IMG/VR virus record: IMGVR_UViG_3300010148_005374
Location: 1-61,467 of that record
Length of the DNA: 61,467 nt
Source of the DNA: a virus
Lineage: Duplodnaviria; Caudoviricetes
Direction: 5' to 3' (one strand)
In this document: piece after piece, positions 48,617 to 57,468 of the stretch
Position numbering within the stretch: the stretch's first letter is position 1
Layout: each line of letters opens with the position of its first letter
Notes under the pieces: model-generated
What the model saw: only the letters and a program-made list of their open reading frames with translations
Database searches by the model: none
Told to the model about the DNA's origin: nothing
Position numbers and translations under genes: made by a program

Positions 48617-49449
48617 AGAGTATCTACCTTTCGTAGCTTCTCAGCGATAGATACTTCAGTATCCATGACCCTCTTTTCAGGCGAGCCCATACAGGCAATG
48701 ATATCTCTAACATAATCCATCATTCTTTTAAGTCCAACAACCTCCAAGGACGCAGACTGATCTGATCCATACATCGCCCGATCAAGAGTAATGTGTCTTT
48801 CCAAAGATGAGGCACCAACAGCAACAGCAGCACAACTAATAATGATACCTGTTTCGTGGCCACTATATCCAACATTACAGCCGTACCTATTTTGCAGCGT
48901 GTGCATCACACGAAGATTTGCATCTTCAAGTTGCATTGGGTAGGTACTGTTACAATGCATAAGCTCAAAAGAGCAGTCATGGCTTTTAAAGATTTCAACT
49001 ACTTTATCAATTTGCTCAAGTGTGCTCATCCCAGTAGAAATAAAAGTATGCTTCTTTTCGGATGCAATTTCTTCTAGAAGTTCTCTGTGTGTAAGCATAG
49101 CCGACGCAACTTTATTGTATTTGCAATTAAACCGACGCATGAAAATTTGACTATCAACATCCCAGGCAGATGCGAACCATTCAATATTTTTTTCTTTACA
49201 ATATGCATCAATCTGCTCGTAATCAGATTCGGTAAACTCTAGCCCAAGTTTTTGTTCTCTATTTGTTGTCCCCCAGGGACTCTCTCTTGGTTTATCAAGC
49301 TCTTCTTTCGTGTAAACCTTATCAATAGTTCTCTTTTGAAATTTTACCGCATTGCATCCTGCTGCTGCGGCCTCATCAATAAGTTGTTTGGCAATATCCA
49401 GACTGCCGTTATGGTTAATACCAATTTCTGCAATTACAAAAACACTCAT
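48613..49449 (-). CDS. neuB: Nonulosonic acid synthase (NeuB family, lacking the C-terminal SAF domain)
   Basis: IAEIGINHNG, AVKFQKR, KVAS, STGM, MHCNSTYP, GYSGHE, ERHITLDR.MYGSDQ.AS. Only 278 aa. Confidence 0.9.
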   Translation of the reverse strand: MSVFVIAEIGINHNGSLDIAKQLIDEAAAAGCNAVKFQKRTIDKVYTKEELDKPRESPWGTTNREQKLGLEFTESDYEQIDAYCKEKNIEWFASAWDVDSQIFMRRFNCKYNKVASAMLTHRELLEEIASEKKHTFISTGMSTLEQIDKVVEIFKSHDCSFELMHCNSTYPMQLEDANLRVMHTLQNRYGCNVGYSGHETGIIISCAAVAVGASSLERHITLDRAMYGSDQSASLEVVGLKRMMDYVRDIIACMGSPEKRVMDTEVSIAEKLRKVDTL

Positions 49450-50399
49450 ACCAGTAAATCTCCTTTGGTAAATTCATCATACCATGCTTCTTTGTTTAGG
49501 TTAATAATTTTTGCACCTTTTAGAGCGGCGCTTTCTCTTAATATTTTCATATCATCAAGTAAGAAATCCTTGTAGACATATCTCCAGTGTCCAATCTGTG
49601 CTACATTAGGGATATAGTAGTTCTTATCTTCTGGGTAACCGTCAGCGTAGCCTAAAGAATAATCTAAATCAAGTCCAACAATGTAGATATTTTCAAACCC
49701 CATAAGGATAGCCAAAGCAACACAAAAAAGACCAACAGTTTGTCCCACGCCACAATGACGTTCGTGGCCTGAGTATTCTTGGAGTTTCTCCTGCAAAGTA
49801 AGACTGCCATCCCTGAGGTGGCAACAATGTCCTGTCTTTGACCATCCGCCAGCTAGACCTGCATGTACCTGCGCACACCACTGGTTGACATTTTCATTCT
49901 TAATATCGGGCACTTGCCACATTTGCTTATTGTTGCCATAATATTCAAAATCAAGGTTTTTATTTTCTTCATAATATTTTTTGAAGTTTTTCAAAACCTC
50001 AATACAACTGTGCCCCTTGAAATGTTTATTATCATAGGGAAGATATTCAAAGTCAAGATTATCTTCAACAAACGCTGGGTCTGTTAAGTCAGCCGCACGA
50101 TTATATATCAGAGGCACCTTATAAGTATTAAAAACATCAATGGGGTAATCCCTAATCTTCCAGACATTCTCATTTAGTATAGAATCACGAATATTAAATT
50201 CTGTGTTGGATACAACCCAATAGTCGGGCTTTGTGCTAAAATAATCAAACCACTCGTTGACAGAAAACCTGGTTATCTTTTTACTCTTTTGTAGCTCTTG
50301 TATCTTTTCGATATACGGCGCTAAACTTGGTCCGTGCAACGCTATAACACAAGACTGTCCTTTGTGTTTATCTACAATATCGTCAAAAGTTAGTTTCAT
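49446..50399 (-). CDS. Maf/DUF115-like putative nonulosonic-acid transferase
   Basis: KHKG..CVI..HGPSL, FSVN, PDYWV, TVG...ALAILMGFENIYIVGLD pattern shared by Maf/GT42-like proteins. Coupled to neuB. Confidence 0.65.
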   Translation of the reverse strand: MKLTFDDIVDKHKGQSCVIALHGPSLAPYIEKIQELQKSKKITRFSVNEWFDYFSTKPDYWVVSNTEFNIRDSILNENVWKIRDYPIDVFNTYKVPLIYNRAADLTDPAFVEDNLDFEYLPYDNKHFKGHSCIEVLKNFKKYYEENKNLDFEYYGNNKQMWQVPDIKNENVNQWCAQVHAGLAGGWSKTGHCCHLRDGSLTLQEKLQEYSGHERHCGVGQTVGLFCVALAILMGFENIYIVGLDLDYSLGYADGYPEDKNYYIPNVAQIGHWRYVYKDFLLDDMKILRESAALKGAKIINLNKEAWYDEFTKGDLLV

Positions 50400-50402
50400 A
50401 TA

Positions 50403-51353
50403 TCACCAAATAAAATTTTTCTTGTAATAGTCTACAATGGATTGTATCTCATTGTCAAATATTTTTTTAGGCTTCCATCCAAGTTTTCTAATTTTTTCGT
50501 CATTTAGACAATACCTTACATCTTGTCCTTTCCTCACATAAGAATAGTCAATATGTTCTTTCCAGTCAACGTCAGTTCCATAAAATGCCTTTATAATCTT
50601 TCTAACAGTTTCAGAATTTTGCTGCTCAAAGTCTCCCGAAACGTTGTATATCTCATTTACGACTTCATTGTCAACCAAGGTTAGAACGGCCTCAGCAGTA
50701 TCATCTGCATGTAACCAATTTCTGATTGGAGTGCCGTCATTATGAAGAGAAATCTTTCTGCCTCTAAGTAAGTTTTTCACACTAAGAGGAATTAATTTTT
50801 CAGGGTATTGTCTAATTCCATAATTGTTAGTAGGTCTAACTATCAAATACTGCAAATCATAAGTTCTAGACCAAGCTAACACAAGCATATCGGCTGCGGC
50901 TTTCGCTGCTGAGTACGGATTACTTGGATGCAATAAATCATCTTCAGTGTGGTGTCCCTCTAAGATATCACCATAAACCTCATCTGTACTAATGTGAAGA
51001 AATATAGGCCTTTTACCACAGTTCTTTGGCTTGAACCTAACGAGATCTAATAGGTTTTTGGTGCCCACAATATTTGTGTTTATGAACTCATCACTATTTA
51101 TTATGCTATTCCCAACATGAGATTCGGCGGCAAAATTGACCACATAATCGCAATCACACAAAGAGTTAAGATCTTTTATGTCAGCTTTTAAAAACTTAAA
51201 GTTATCATATGTGTTCAACTGCTGTAAAAGAGACTCGTTAGCCGCATATGTAACTTTGTCAATCCCATACACCATCCATCCTCTCTCTAAACATTTAAGG
51301 ACAAAATATGAAGGAATAAAACCCAAACACCCTGTTACACATAATATTTTCAT
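50403..51353 (-). CDS. rmlB: dTDP-glucose 4,6-dehydratase
   Basis: VTGCLGFI, DKVTYA, NFAAESHV, HISTDEVYG, PSNPYSAAKA, NNYG.RQYPEKLIP. Start placed at ATG 51353. Confidence 0.85.
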   Translation of the reverse strand: MKILCVTGCLGFIPSYFVLKCLERGWMVYGIDKVTYAANESLLQQLNTYDNFKFLKADIKDLNSLCDCDYVVNFAAESHVGNSIINSDEFINTNIVGTKNLLDLVRFKPKNCGKRPIFLHISTDEVYGDILEGHHTEDDLLHPSNPYSAAKAAADMLVLAWSRTYDLQYLIVRPTNNYGIRQYPEKLIPLSVKNLLRGRKISLHNDGTPIRNWLHADDTAEAVLTLVDNEVVNEIYNVSGDFEQQNSETVRKIIKAFYGTDVDWKEHIDYSYVRKGQDVRYCLNDEKIRKLGWKPKKIFDNEIQSIVDYYKKNFIW

Positions 51354-51354
51354 G

Positions 51355-52704
51355 TTACCTTTTGCTGAAGAATTCATCCACGACCCCTTCAATATAATTT
51401 ATCTTCTCATCTGTTACACCAATAAAAGTTCCCAAGAAAAAAGATCCAACTGTTGCCTTATAAGCATTTGGAAAACGTTCTTTAATATTATCATATCTCT
51501 TAGCGTAATCCACATAAGCAGGATGATATAAACAATTACCAGCAAAATAAGATCTTGTCTGTATCTTATTGGATTCAAGATGCTTAACAAAATCTTCTCT
51601 AGTAAAACCACTGTTGTCTTTGACAGTCAATAAAAAACCAAACCAATTAGGGTCAGACTTATCAGTTTTTTCTGGAAGCATAAAATACTCTTCATACTTC
51701 GAGAATATTTTCTTTAGTGATTTAAAGTTTCTTCTTCTAGCATCATCCATATCTTGCAATTTATCTAACTGCTTTAATCCTATGGCGGCTTGCATCTCTA
51801 ATGGCTTAAGATTGAAACCTATCTCATCAAAAACATACCTATGATCATAGTTTATTCTCTCTTTACCATCTTTAAGCCAAGGCCTAAACCTGTTCCCGCA
51901 AGCCGTGCCTGCCGTAACATCTCCTGGTTTTTGCTCGTTACAATAACAAGCCCTGCCCCAATCTCTGAAACTAGCTAAGACTCTCCTTAGCCGAGGATCG
52001 TCAGTCGCTACAAACCCTCCTTCACCCATAGTCATATGATGTGCGGGATAAAAAGAACAAGTTGACATCAATCCAAATGATCCTAATTTCTTTCCATCAT
52101 AAAAGGAACCCATAGCATCACAAGAATCCTCTAAAAAAATTAAATTGTATTTATCAACTAAATGCATTAACCTGTCCATATCAGGAGGGTTTCCTAAAAC
52201 GTGAGCAAATATAATACCCCTGATACTACTATCTTTCTTCAAAGCATCTTCAACCTGGTCTAGGTTGAGATTCAAAGAAGGCAAGTCAACGTCTACAAAT
52301 ACTGGCTCGAATCCTGTTTGTATAATCGGGTTTAGAGTTGTAGGGAAACAAACCACTGGGGTTATAAACTTACTACCCTTAGGTAAATGAAACTTTTTCA
52401 TAAAGCTTTTTTTGCTAGTCAAAGCTTGGGTCATAATAAGGTTTGCTGAACTTCCAGAATTTGTCAGCATCCCAAAATTCTTGCCTAAAAACATTGGGAA
52501 AGTTTCTTCAAACTCTCTCGCTTTTTTACCAAAAACAAGCCAACCATCAAGAATAGCTGATACAGCTTCTCTAAATTCTACGGAACTAAAATTAGGCCCT
52601 GAGTAATTTACCCAATCTCCTGGAGTCCACGATTTACGAAGCAAGTTCTCTTCTGCGTACTCTTCTACAAGAGACAATATTTTTTCTAGCTTTTTGTCCT
52701 TCAT
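51355..52704 (-). CDS. rfbH: NDP-4-keto-6-deoxyglucose 3-dehydrase E1 (RfbH/DdhC/SpnQ type)
   Basis: NSGSSAN, FPTTLNP, EDSCDAMG, SFYPAHHMTMGEGG (His in place of Lys), RDWGRACYC...CG Fe-S motif, YDHRY. Confidence 0.85.
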   Translation of the reverse strand: MKDKKLEKILSLVEEYAEENLLRKSWTPGDWVNYSGPNFSSVEFREAVSAILDGWLVFGKKAREFEETFPMFLGKNFGMLTNSGSSANLIMTQALTSKKSFMKKFHLPKGSKFITPVVCFPTTLNPIIQTGFEPVFVDVDLPSLNLNLDQVEDALKKDSSIRGIIFAHVLGNPPDMDRLMHLVDKYNLIFLEDSCDAMGSFYDGKKLGSFGLMSTCSFYPAHHMTMGEGGFVATDDPRLRRVLASFRDWGRACYCNEQKPGDVTAGTACGNRFRPWLKDGKERINYDHRYVFDEIGFNLKPLEMQAAIGLKQLDKLQDMDDARRRNFKSLKKIFSKYEEYFMLPEKTDKSDPNWFGFLLTVKDNSGFTREDFVKHLESNKIQTRSYFAGNCLYHPAYVDYAKRYDNIKERFPNAYKATVGSFFLGTFIGVTDEKINYIEGVVDEFFSKR

Positions 52705-53540
52705 TTACAAACCTCATTTAAACCCTGGATAAATCCAACAAAAATATCCCTTGGAAACGTTTTATTAAAAGTTTTTGAACTACCTGTATAGTTTTTTACG
52801 TCTTCATTTTTTAGGATGAGATTAGGATTATGAGACCCTAATCTATTCTCTACTATATCAGATATTTGCTTTAAGTTAAATTTTTCTGGGTAGGTAAGAT
52901 TGACATCTCTGGGTAGATCTTGTTTTTTAAAATTGGAAATATAAAAGCCTATAGCTCGACAAACGTCTTGGTCATAAAAAAAGTCCATCTCTTTTTTAGC
53001 ATCAATGGTAACTTCTGTATTTTTTTCAATACCAGATTTTAATACCTTGATTAATCTATTTTCCTCTTCGTTTTTACCAAAACAGCCAAACAGCCTAAAG
53101 TTGTAAAGATGTTCATTTAGTTCTACTATCTTTCTTGAGATTACATTCTTAGAACGGCCATAATAATCTGATGGCAGTTGGTCATAGATTCTTGATTCTT
53201 CGAAGTTTGATATATCTCTTGCCCTATCAAACTCAGCACCCGAACCAAAATTTATCAAAATTGAATACTGGTCTTTGTTATTAAGAAGATTGTTAAACAT
53301 CTTGAGGTTTGTAACATAATCTTCTGGGTTATCTTTGTGATTTCTTCTGCCACCTTTAACCGCAGTGTGTAAAACTATATCGACACTATGGTCTTGTAAA
53401 AAATTCTTGACCTTGTTTGGGTTCGAGACATCTAGTTCTTGCCTAGTACAAGCTAGGGTATTATAGCCCTTAGAAGAAAAATATCTGTTTAATGATTTCC
53501 CCAGGAAACCATTAGCACCTGTAATGAGAATCGTATTCAT
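52701..53540 (-). CDS. NAD-dependent sugar epimerase/reductase
   Basis: ITGANGFLG, LHTA, FGSGAE, YGRSK, RLFGCFG. Confidence 0.8.
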   Translation of the reverse strand: MNTILITGANGFLGKSLNRYFSSKGYNTLACTRQELDVSNPNKVKNFLQDHSVDIVLHTAVKGGRRNHKDNPEDYVTNLKMFNNLLNNKDQYSILINFGSGAEFDRARDISNFEESRIYDQLPSDYYGRSKNVISRKIVELNEHLYNFRLFGCFGKNEEENRLIKVLKSGIEKNTEVTIDAKKEMDFFYDQDVCRAIGFYISNFKKQDLPRDVNLTYPEKFNLKQISDIVENRLGSHNPNLILKNEDVKNYTGSSKTFNKTFPRDIFVGFIQGLNEVCK

Positions 53541-54013
53541 CTGCTAAGGTTCATATAGTTTGGTCTACCATCAAAAAGGTAGTCATCAATATTTTGTTCA
53601 AGAGATTCTTCGTCAGATGGCCAGATAGATTTTATGTTAGAAAAATTAGACATTACTTTACTATCATCCTCTGCCCAATGAGAGAAGCCCAAGTAACCAT
53701 AGTCTTTTTCTCTGCCACCTCCAAGTAATTTAACAGGTATCTTTTCATGGTCAATGTAGTTCCTGATGAACTCATACGGACGATATAAAACAAAAGGAGT
53801 TATTGAGTACACAACGGGTATGATACCAGAGGTAGCCATTCCGCAAGCAGCGCCGACCATTAGTTGTTCAGAAGAACCAAAATTATGAAACCTATTTGGG
53901 AAGTCTATTTTTATTCTGTCCCAAAGTCCATAACCAAGATCACCTGTCAACAAGTGTATCTCGTTGTGTTCTGCCATTTTTGTATGCAATAAGTTACTAA
54001 ACTTTTTTCTCAT
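53537..54013 (-). CDS. Split transketolase, pyrimidine-binding subunit (no C-terminal domain)
   Basis: LLTGDLG, P.RF.NFG.SEQ.MVG.A.G.A..G, YSI.PF...R.YE.IR, GFSH. 158 aa. Confidence 0.8.
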   Translation of the reverse strand: MRKKFSNLLHTKMAEHNEIHLLTGDLGYGLWDRIKIDFPNRFHNFGSSEQLMVGAACGMATSGIIPVVYSITPFVLYRPYEFIRNYIDHEKIPVKLLGGGREKDYGYLGFSHWAEDDSKVMSNFSNIKSIWPSDEESLEQNIDDYLFDGRPNYMNLSR

Positions 54014-54641
54014 CTAATTCCCTAAGTGCCAGCTTATAATCATCCTGATTCATTATGTGGTAGTGGGCATTCAATCCTTTTAAAAAGGAGAACTCATTAA
54101 CCTTGCTGTATCTTATATTGATACTTGGTAAGAAACACTGAAGACGTTCTACAAGGTATCCTGTATCAACAGAATCGTAGGCCGCAAAACCATTAACACA
54201 TACATAGACTTGTATGTTTTTTACATTGTTCTCGTAGATAAACTTTAGACTTTCCCATATAGATCCTTCTGCACATTCGCCGTCGCTTATTAAACAATGG
54301 ACTGTTATGTTTTTATTTGCAAGAGCTTTACCCACTGCAAATGTCAACCCCATACCTAAGCTACCTGTCGAACAGTACACCCCATCACTTTCTTTTCTAT
54401 GTGGGTGACCCCCGTGCCTATCAAATAAATCTGCTGCGTTTTTTCCTTCGTATTTTTCTAAAGCAACATACTGCGCCAAAGAAGCATGCCCACAGGACAA
54501 TATAAAAATATCATCTTTATTTTTATTGCGATATATTTCATCAACAATAGGGAGACAAGAAAAATAACTACCCAAATGAGATAACTTATTTTTGTAGGCT
54601 ATCTCAACAATCCTTTTCTTCAGTTGAATCAAAGGCCCCAC
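53997..54641 (-). CDS. Split transketolase, N-terminal ThDP-binding subunit
   Basis: SHLGS.FS, FILSCGH, GHP, STGSLGMG, SDGECAEGSIWE...VN, HY. Confidence 0.85.
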   Translation of the reverse strand: MGPLIQLKKRIVEIAYKNKLSHLGSYFSCLPIVDEIYRNKNKDDIFILSCGHASLAQYVALEKYEGKNAADLFDRHGGHPHRKESDGVYCSTGSLGMGLTFAVGKALANKNITVHCLISDGECAEGSIWESLKFIYENNVKNIQVYVCVNGFAAYDSVDTGYLVERLQCFLPSINIRYSKVNEFSFLKGLNAHYHIMNQDDYKLALRELDEKKV

Positions 54642-55363
54642 TTAGACCTCCACTTATTCTGTAGCATAAAATCATAGTTTACGGGTTGTCTTTGCATACC
54701 CCAAGTAGCTTGCTTCTCGTGCCATCGATAATAATAACCAAGCCACTCATTATTAGGATGAATGTAGATATCATTATCTAATAGGTTGAAATATAGTTCA
54801 TAATCAGAGGCACCTAAATAATTTTCAGAGTCCCACTTGACCAACCCTTGTTTGTATAATTTTCTTGAATAAACAACAGATGGTGTTGCAACAACACATC
54901 TTTCTAGCATCTTGTTTTTTAGATCATCTATGTCATCATAACTATTTGTTAAATCACCACCCTGTTCAATACCTTTTTTATTGACACATTTTAAAGCGCT
55001 CTGAAAGCAATCTATATCCTTATCGGACTCTTCGATATATTTAACAATATTAGAAACATAGTTTGGAGCTAAGTAATCATCAGCCCCAAGTATAGTGACA
55101 TAATCACCTGTAAATATTTCTAATGCCTTTTCTACTGGTTCTTGCCACGAAAAAGGATATATATTTGCAACGGTGTCTAAGTGAAAATTTTGATGTTCTT
55201 CATAAATGCTTTCAACTATCTCTAGACTATCATCACCGCTATCATTATCAATAACTATAACTTCGCAGTTCTCATAGTCTTGATTCAAAGCCGATGTGAC
55301 ACACTGTTCAATATAATCCTCTGCGTTATAACAAGGTATGATTATTGTAAACTTAGGTTTCAT
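54629..55363 (-). CDS. Glycosyltransferase family 2
   Basis: IIIPCYNAE.YI..C..S.L.Q, VIDNDSGD, GDYVTILGADD, YRWH. Start placed at ATG 55363. Confidence 0.9.
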   Translation of the reverse strand: MKPKFTIIIPCYNAEDYIEQCVTSALNQDYENCEVIVIDNDSGDDSLEIVESIYEEHQNFHLDTVANIYPFSWQEPVEKALEIFTGDYVTILGADDYLAPNYVSNIVKYIEESDKDIDCFQSALKCVNKKGIEQGGDLTNSYDDIDDLKNKMLERCVVATPSVVYSRKLYKQGLVKWDSENYLGASDYELYFNLLDNDIYIHPNNEWLGYYYRWHEKQATWGMQRQPVNYDFMLQNKWRSKWGL

Positions 55364-56201
55364 ATAAGGCCTCCTCAACTCTTAGACGAATCTGGTGCTT
55401 CTTAGTCGCCATATATTCTATCAGTTCTTCGCCTTTTAGTTTAAACCACTCTTCGCTTGATGCGCCTATTTTTTTATTTGTTATGACTTTCATTCCAGCC
55501 ATACGACATTCAACAGCAACTCGACATAAAGTTTCCAATGTTTGTGGTAAGAATATAAAAGTGTTATTTTCAGAGATCTTCTCTAGGAACTCTTTGTATG
55601 GCATAAAACCGACCAAATCAAAAGGAATATTTTTTCTGGTACAATAGGCCACTGTTAAAGGTGTGTTTTTAATTGGATTTGAAGAATCCCATATAGAATA
55701 TCGATCTGCCTTATCTTTCTTTGACATCTTGCGCAACAATTCTAGAGTTGTGTCATCCCACAAGTTACCACCAACTGATACTATATTATCAAGTTTTAAA
55801 TTTTTCTGTACAACACTCCTGTGAAGTTCTGATTGGCAAAAAACTGTTTTTGCTGCTGCATAAAATTCTTTGTTTATAACTTGATCTTCTGGGGCCTCAT
55901 AATTATCATAAACAGATGGGTCTCTAGAAGTTAGATATTTGTGATCGTGTTCGTATATAACATAATCACAATTCTTGATTAGGACTTTCTTAGCTTGCTC
56001 ATTGATTCCTAGAAAGTTACCAATGATAAATTTGTGTTCTTTATTTTCAAGCAAGAAATCTTCTGTCACTTGTGTAGAAAAGACTTGCTCTACTTCTTTA
56101 CCCTCTTTCCTTAAAAGGTTCATCAACTCCTGGTTACTAAGTTCTCCACCACCCAGATGCTGCTCAGCAAACACATCTGCGATAAAATTAATCTTACTCA
56201 T
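55353..56201 (-). CDS. Putative GT-B glycosyltransferase (divergent)
   Basis: GGGELS, YEHDHK, FCQSELH, FLPQTLETLCRVAVECRMAG (ExxxxxxxE-like). Sits in the GT run. Confidence 0.65.
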   Translation of the reverse strand: MSKINFIADVFAEQHLGGGELSNQELMNLLRKEGKEVEQVFSTQVTEDFLLENKEHKFIIGNFLGINEQAKKVLIKNCDYVIYEHDHKYLTSRDPSVYDNYEAPEDQVINKEFYAAAKTVFCQSELHRSVVQKNLKLDNIVSVGGNLWDDTTLELLRKMSKKDKADRYSIWDSSNPIKNTPLTVAYCTRKNIPFDLVGFMPYKEFLEKISENNTFIFLPQTLETLCRVAVECRMAGMKVITNKKIGASSEEWFKLKGEELIEYMATKKHQIRLRVEEALYET

Positions 56202-57468
56202 GAACCTCTAATTCTTCAGATAAACTATTGAAGAACCCTTCTAGCTCAACAAAGTCTTGAGGACAAACTTTTAAAACCTGATCTACAACATACTCAAGCA
56301 TCTTTTCGTGGTTAAGTTTTTGTTTAAGAGACTTTTGAAGATCCTCTGCAACTTTCTTCTTTGATCGGTAAGCGTTCTTAACACTTCTCAGAGCTTTTTT
56401 GAAAGACTTTTCATCCGGATAGCACCATTCTGTTTCAGCGTTGAGAACAGTATTCCAAACAGCTTCTTGTTGTATAGGCCCTAAAGTGTATTTAACTTTT
56501 GTGAACATTGGTGTTCTTTTTGATTTGCCAGATTTTTCATTCTTAACATTATCATACAAAAAGTCAACCTGTCCAGACCAGGCTGGAGCCACAACCGGCA
56601 TTCCATTGCACGCTGCCTCAAAAATTGGTAACCCAAACCCCTCGCCGTGAGTGGCTGTAATATAGGCATGTATATCTGGGTGTGTAAAGATAGAATTCAT
56701 TTCATCGTCTCTCATTGATCCATGAACCAAATAAACTTTGCACTTTCTGTGTGGGACACTGTGAATAGCTGCCGCTAACTGAACGACCATCTTTTGTCGG
56801 TCGATATGACTATTATTCATATGGTGAGCTTTAACCACCAAACCAACATCTTCATCATCCTTGAATTCTTGTACAAACCAATGAATAGTATTCATTAAGT
56901 TTTTTCTTGGACCTAATTGAGCGGACGTGAAAAAATTGAACTTAGTTTCAAGCTTTACTTTTTCATGCACAGTCTTATCTTCTTCAAATTCTCTAAAAGG
57001 ATAGGAAATAACTTCGACTGGTTTTTGCATCACAATATTATATGTTTTCCCGTCTTCAGCTTGTACAGAATATTTCGGTGTTACCAAAGATTTTTTTGCG
57101 TGCTCAGAAGTTACAAAAACCATATCCATAAAGTTAGCTTTGTTAATCCACTCAGGGGAGGCTGCGGTGGTTTCAACAGCGGCTGTAACACCAATATTTT
57201 TTGTGGCCAGATTCTCAAATTCACTAGGAATCAAAACTTGTAACGAGACATCGAATGTCCCTTTAAAGTGGTGTAACTTTTCAATATACTTTTCTACACC
57301 GTCGGTTTCTTTGCCAGACAACACCCAACTGGACTGTCCCCAACCAGTAGGGTACACATACAAATCAAAAATATCTGGACGTGAAGATAGTGCCCTATAC
57401 ATATACCTTGTGTGTTCGCCGTAACCACTGCGACTTAGAATTGGACCCTTTAAAACTACTTTAATCAT
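56194..57468 (-). CDS. Glycosyltransferase family 4 (GT-B)
   Basis: SRSGYG, RKN, THGEGFGLPIFEAACNGMPV. Confidence 0.85.
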   Translation of the reverse strand: MIKVVLKGPILSRSGYGEHTRYMYRALSSRPDIFDLYVYPTGWGQSSWVLSGKETDGVEKYIEKLHHFKGTFDVSLQVLIPSEFENLATKNIGVTAAVETTAASPEWINKANFMDMVFVTSEHAKKSLVTPKYSVQAEDGKTYNIVMQKPVEVISYPFREFEEDKTVHEKVKLETKFNFFTSAQLGPRKNLMNTIHWFVQEFKDDEDVGLVVKAHHMNNSHIDRQKMVVQLAAAIHSVPHRKCKVYLVHGSMRDDEMNSIFTHPDIHAYITATHGEGFGLPIFEAACNGMPVVAPAWSGQVDFLYDNVKNEKSGKSKRTPMFTKVKYTLGPIQQEAVWNTVLNAETEWCYPDEKSFKKALRSVKNAYRSKKKVAEDLQKSLKQKLNHEKMLEYVVDQVLKVCPQDFVELEGFFNSLSEELEVHE

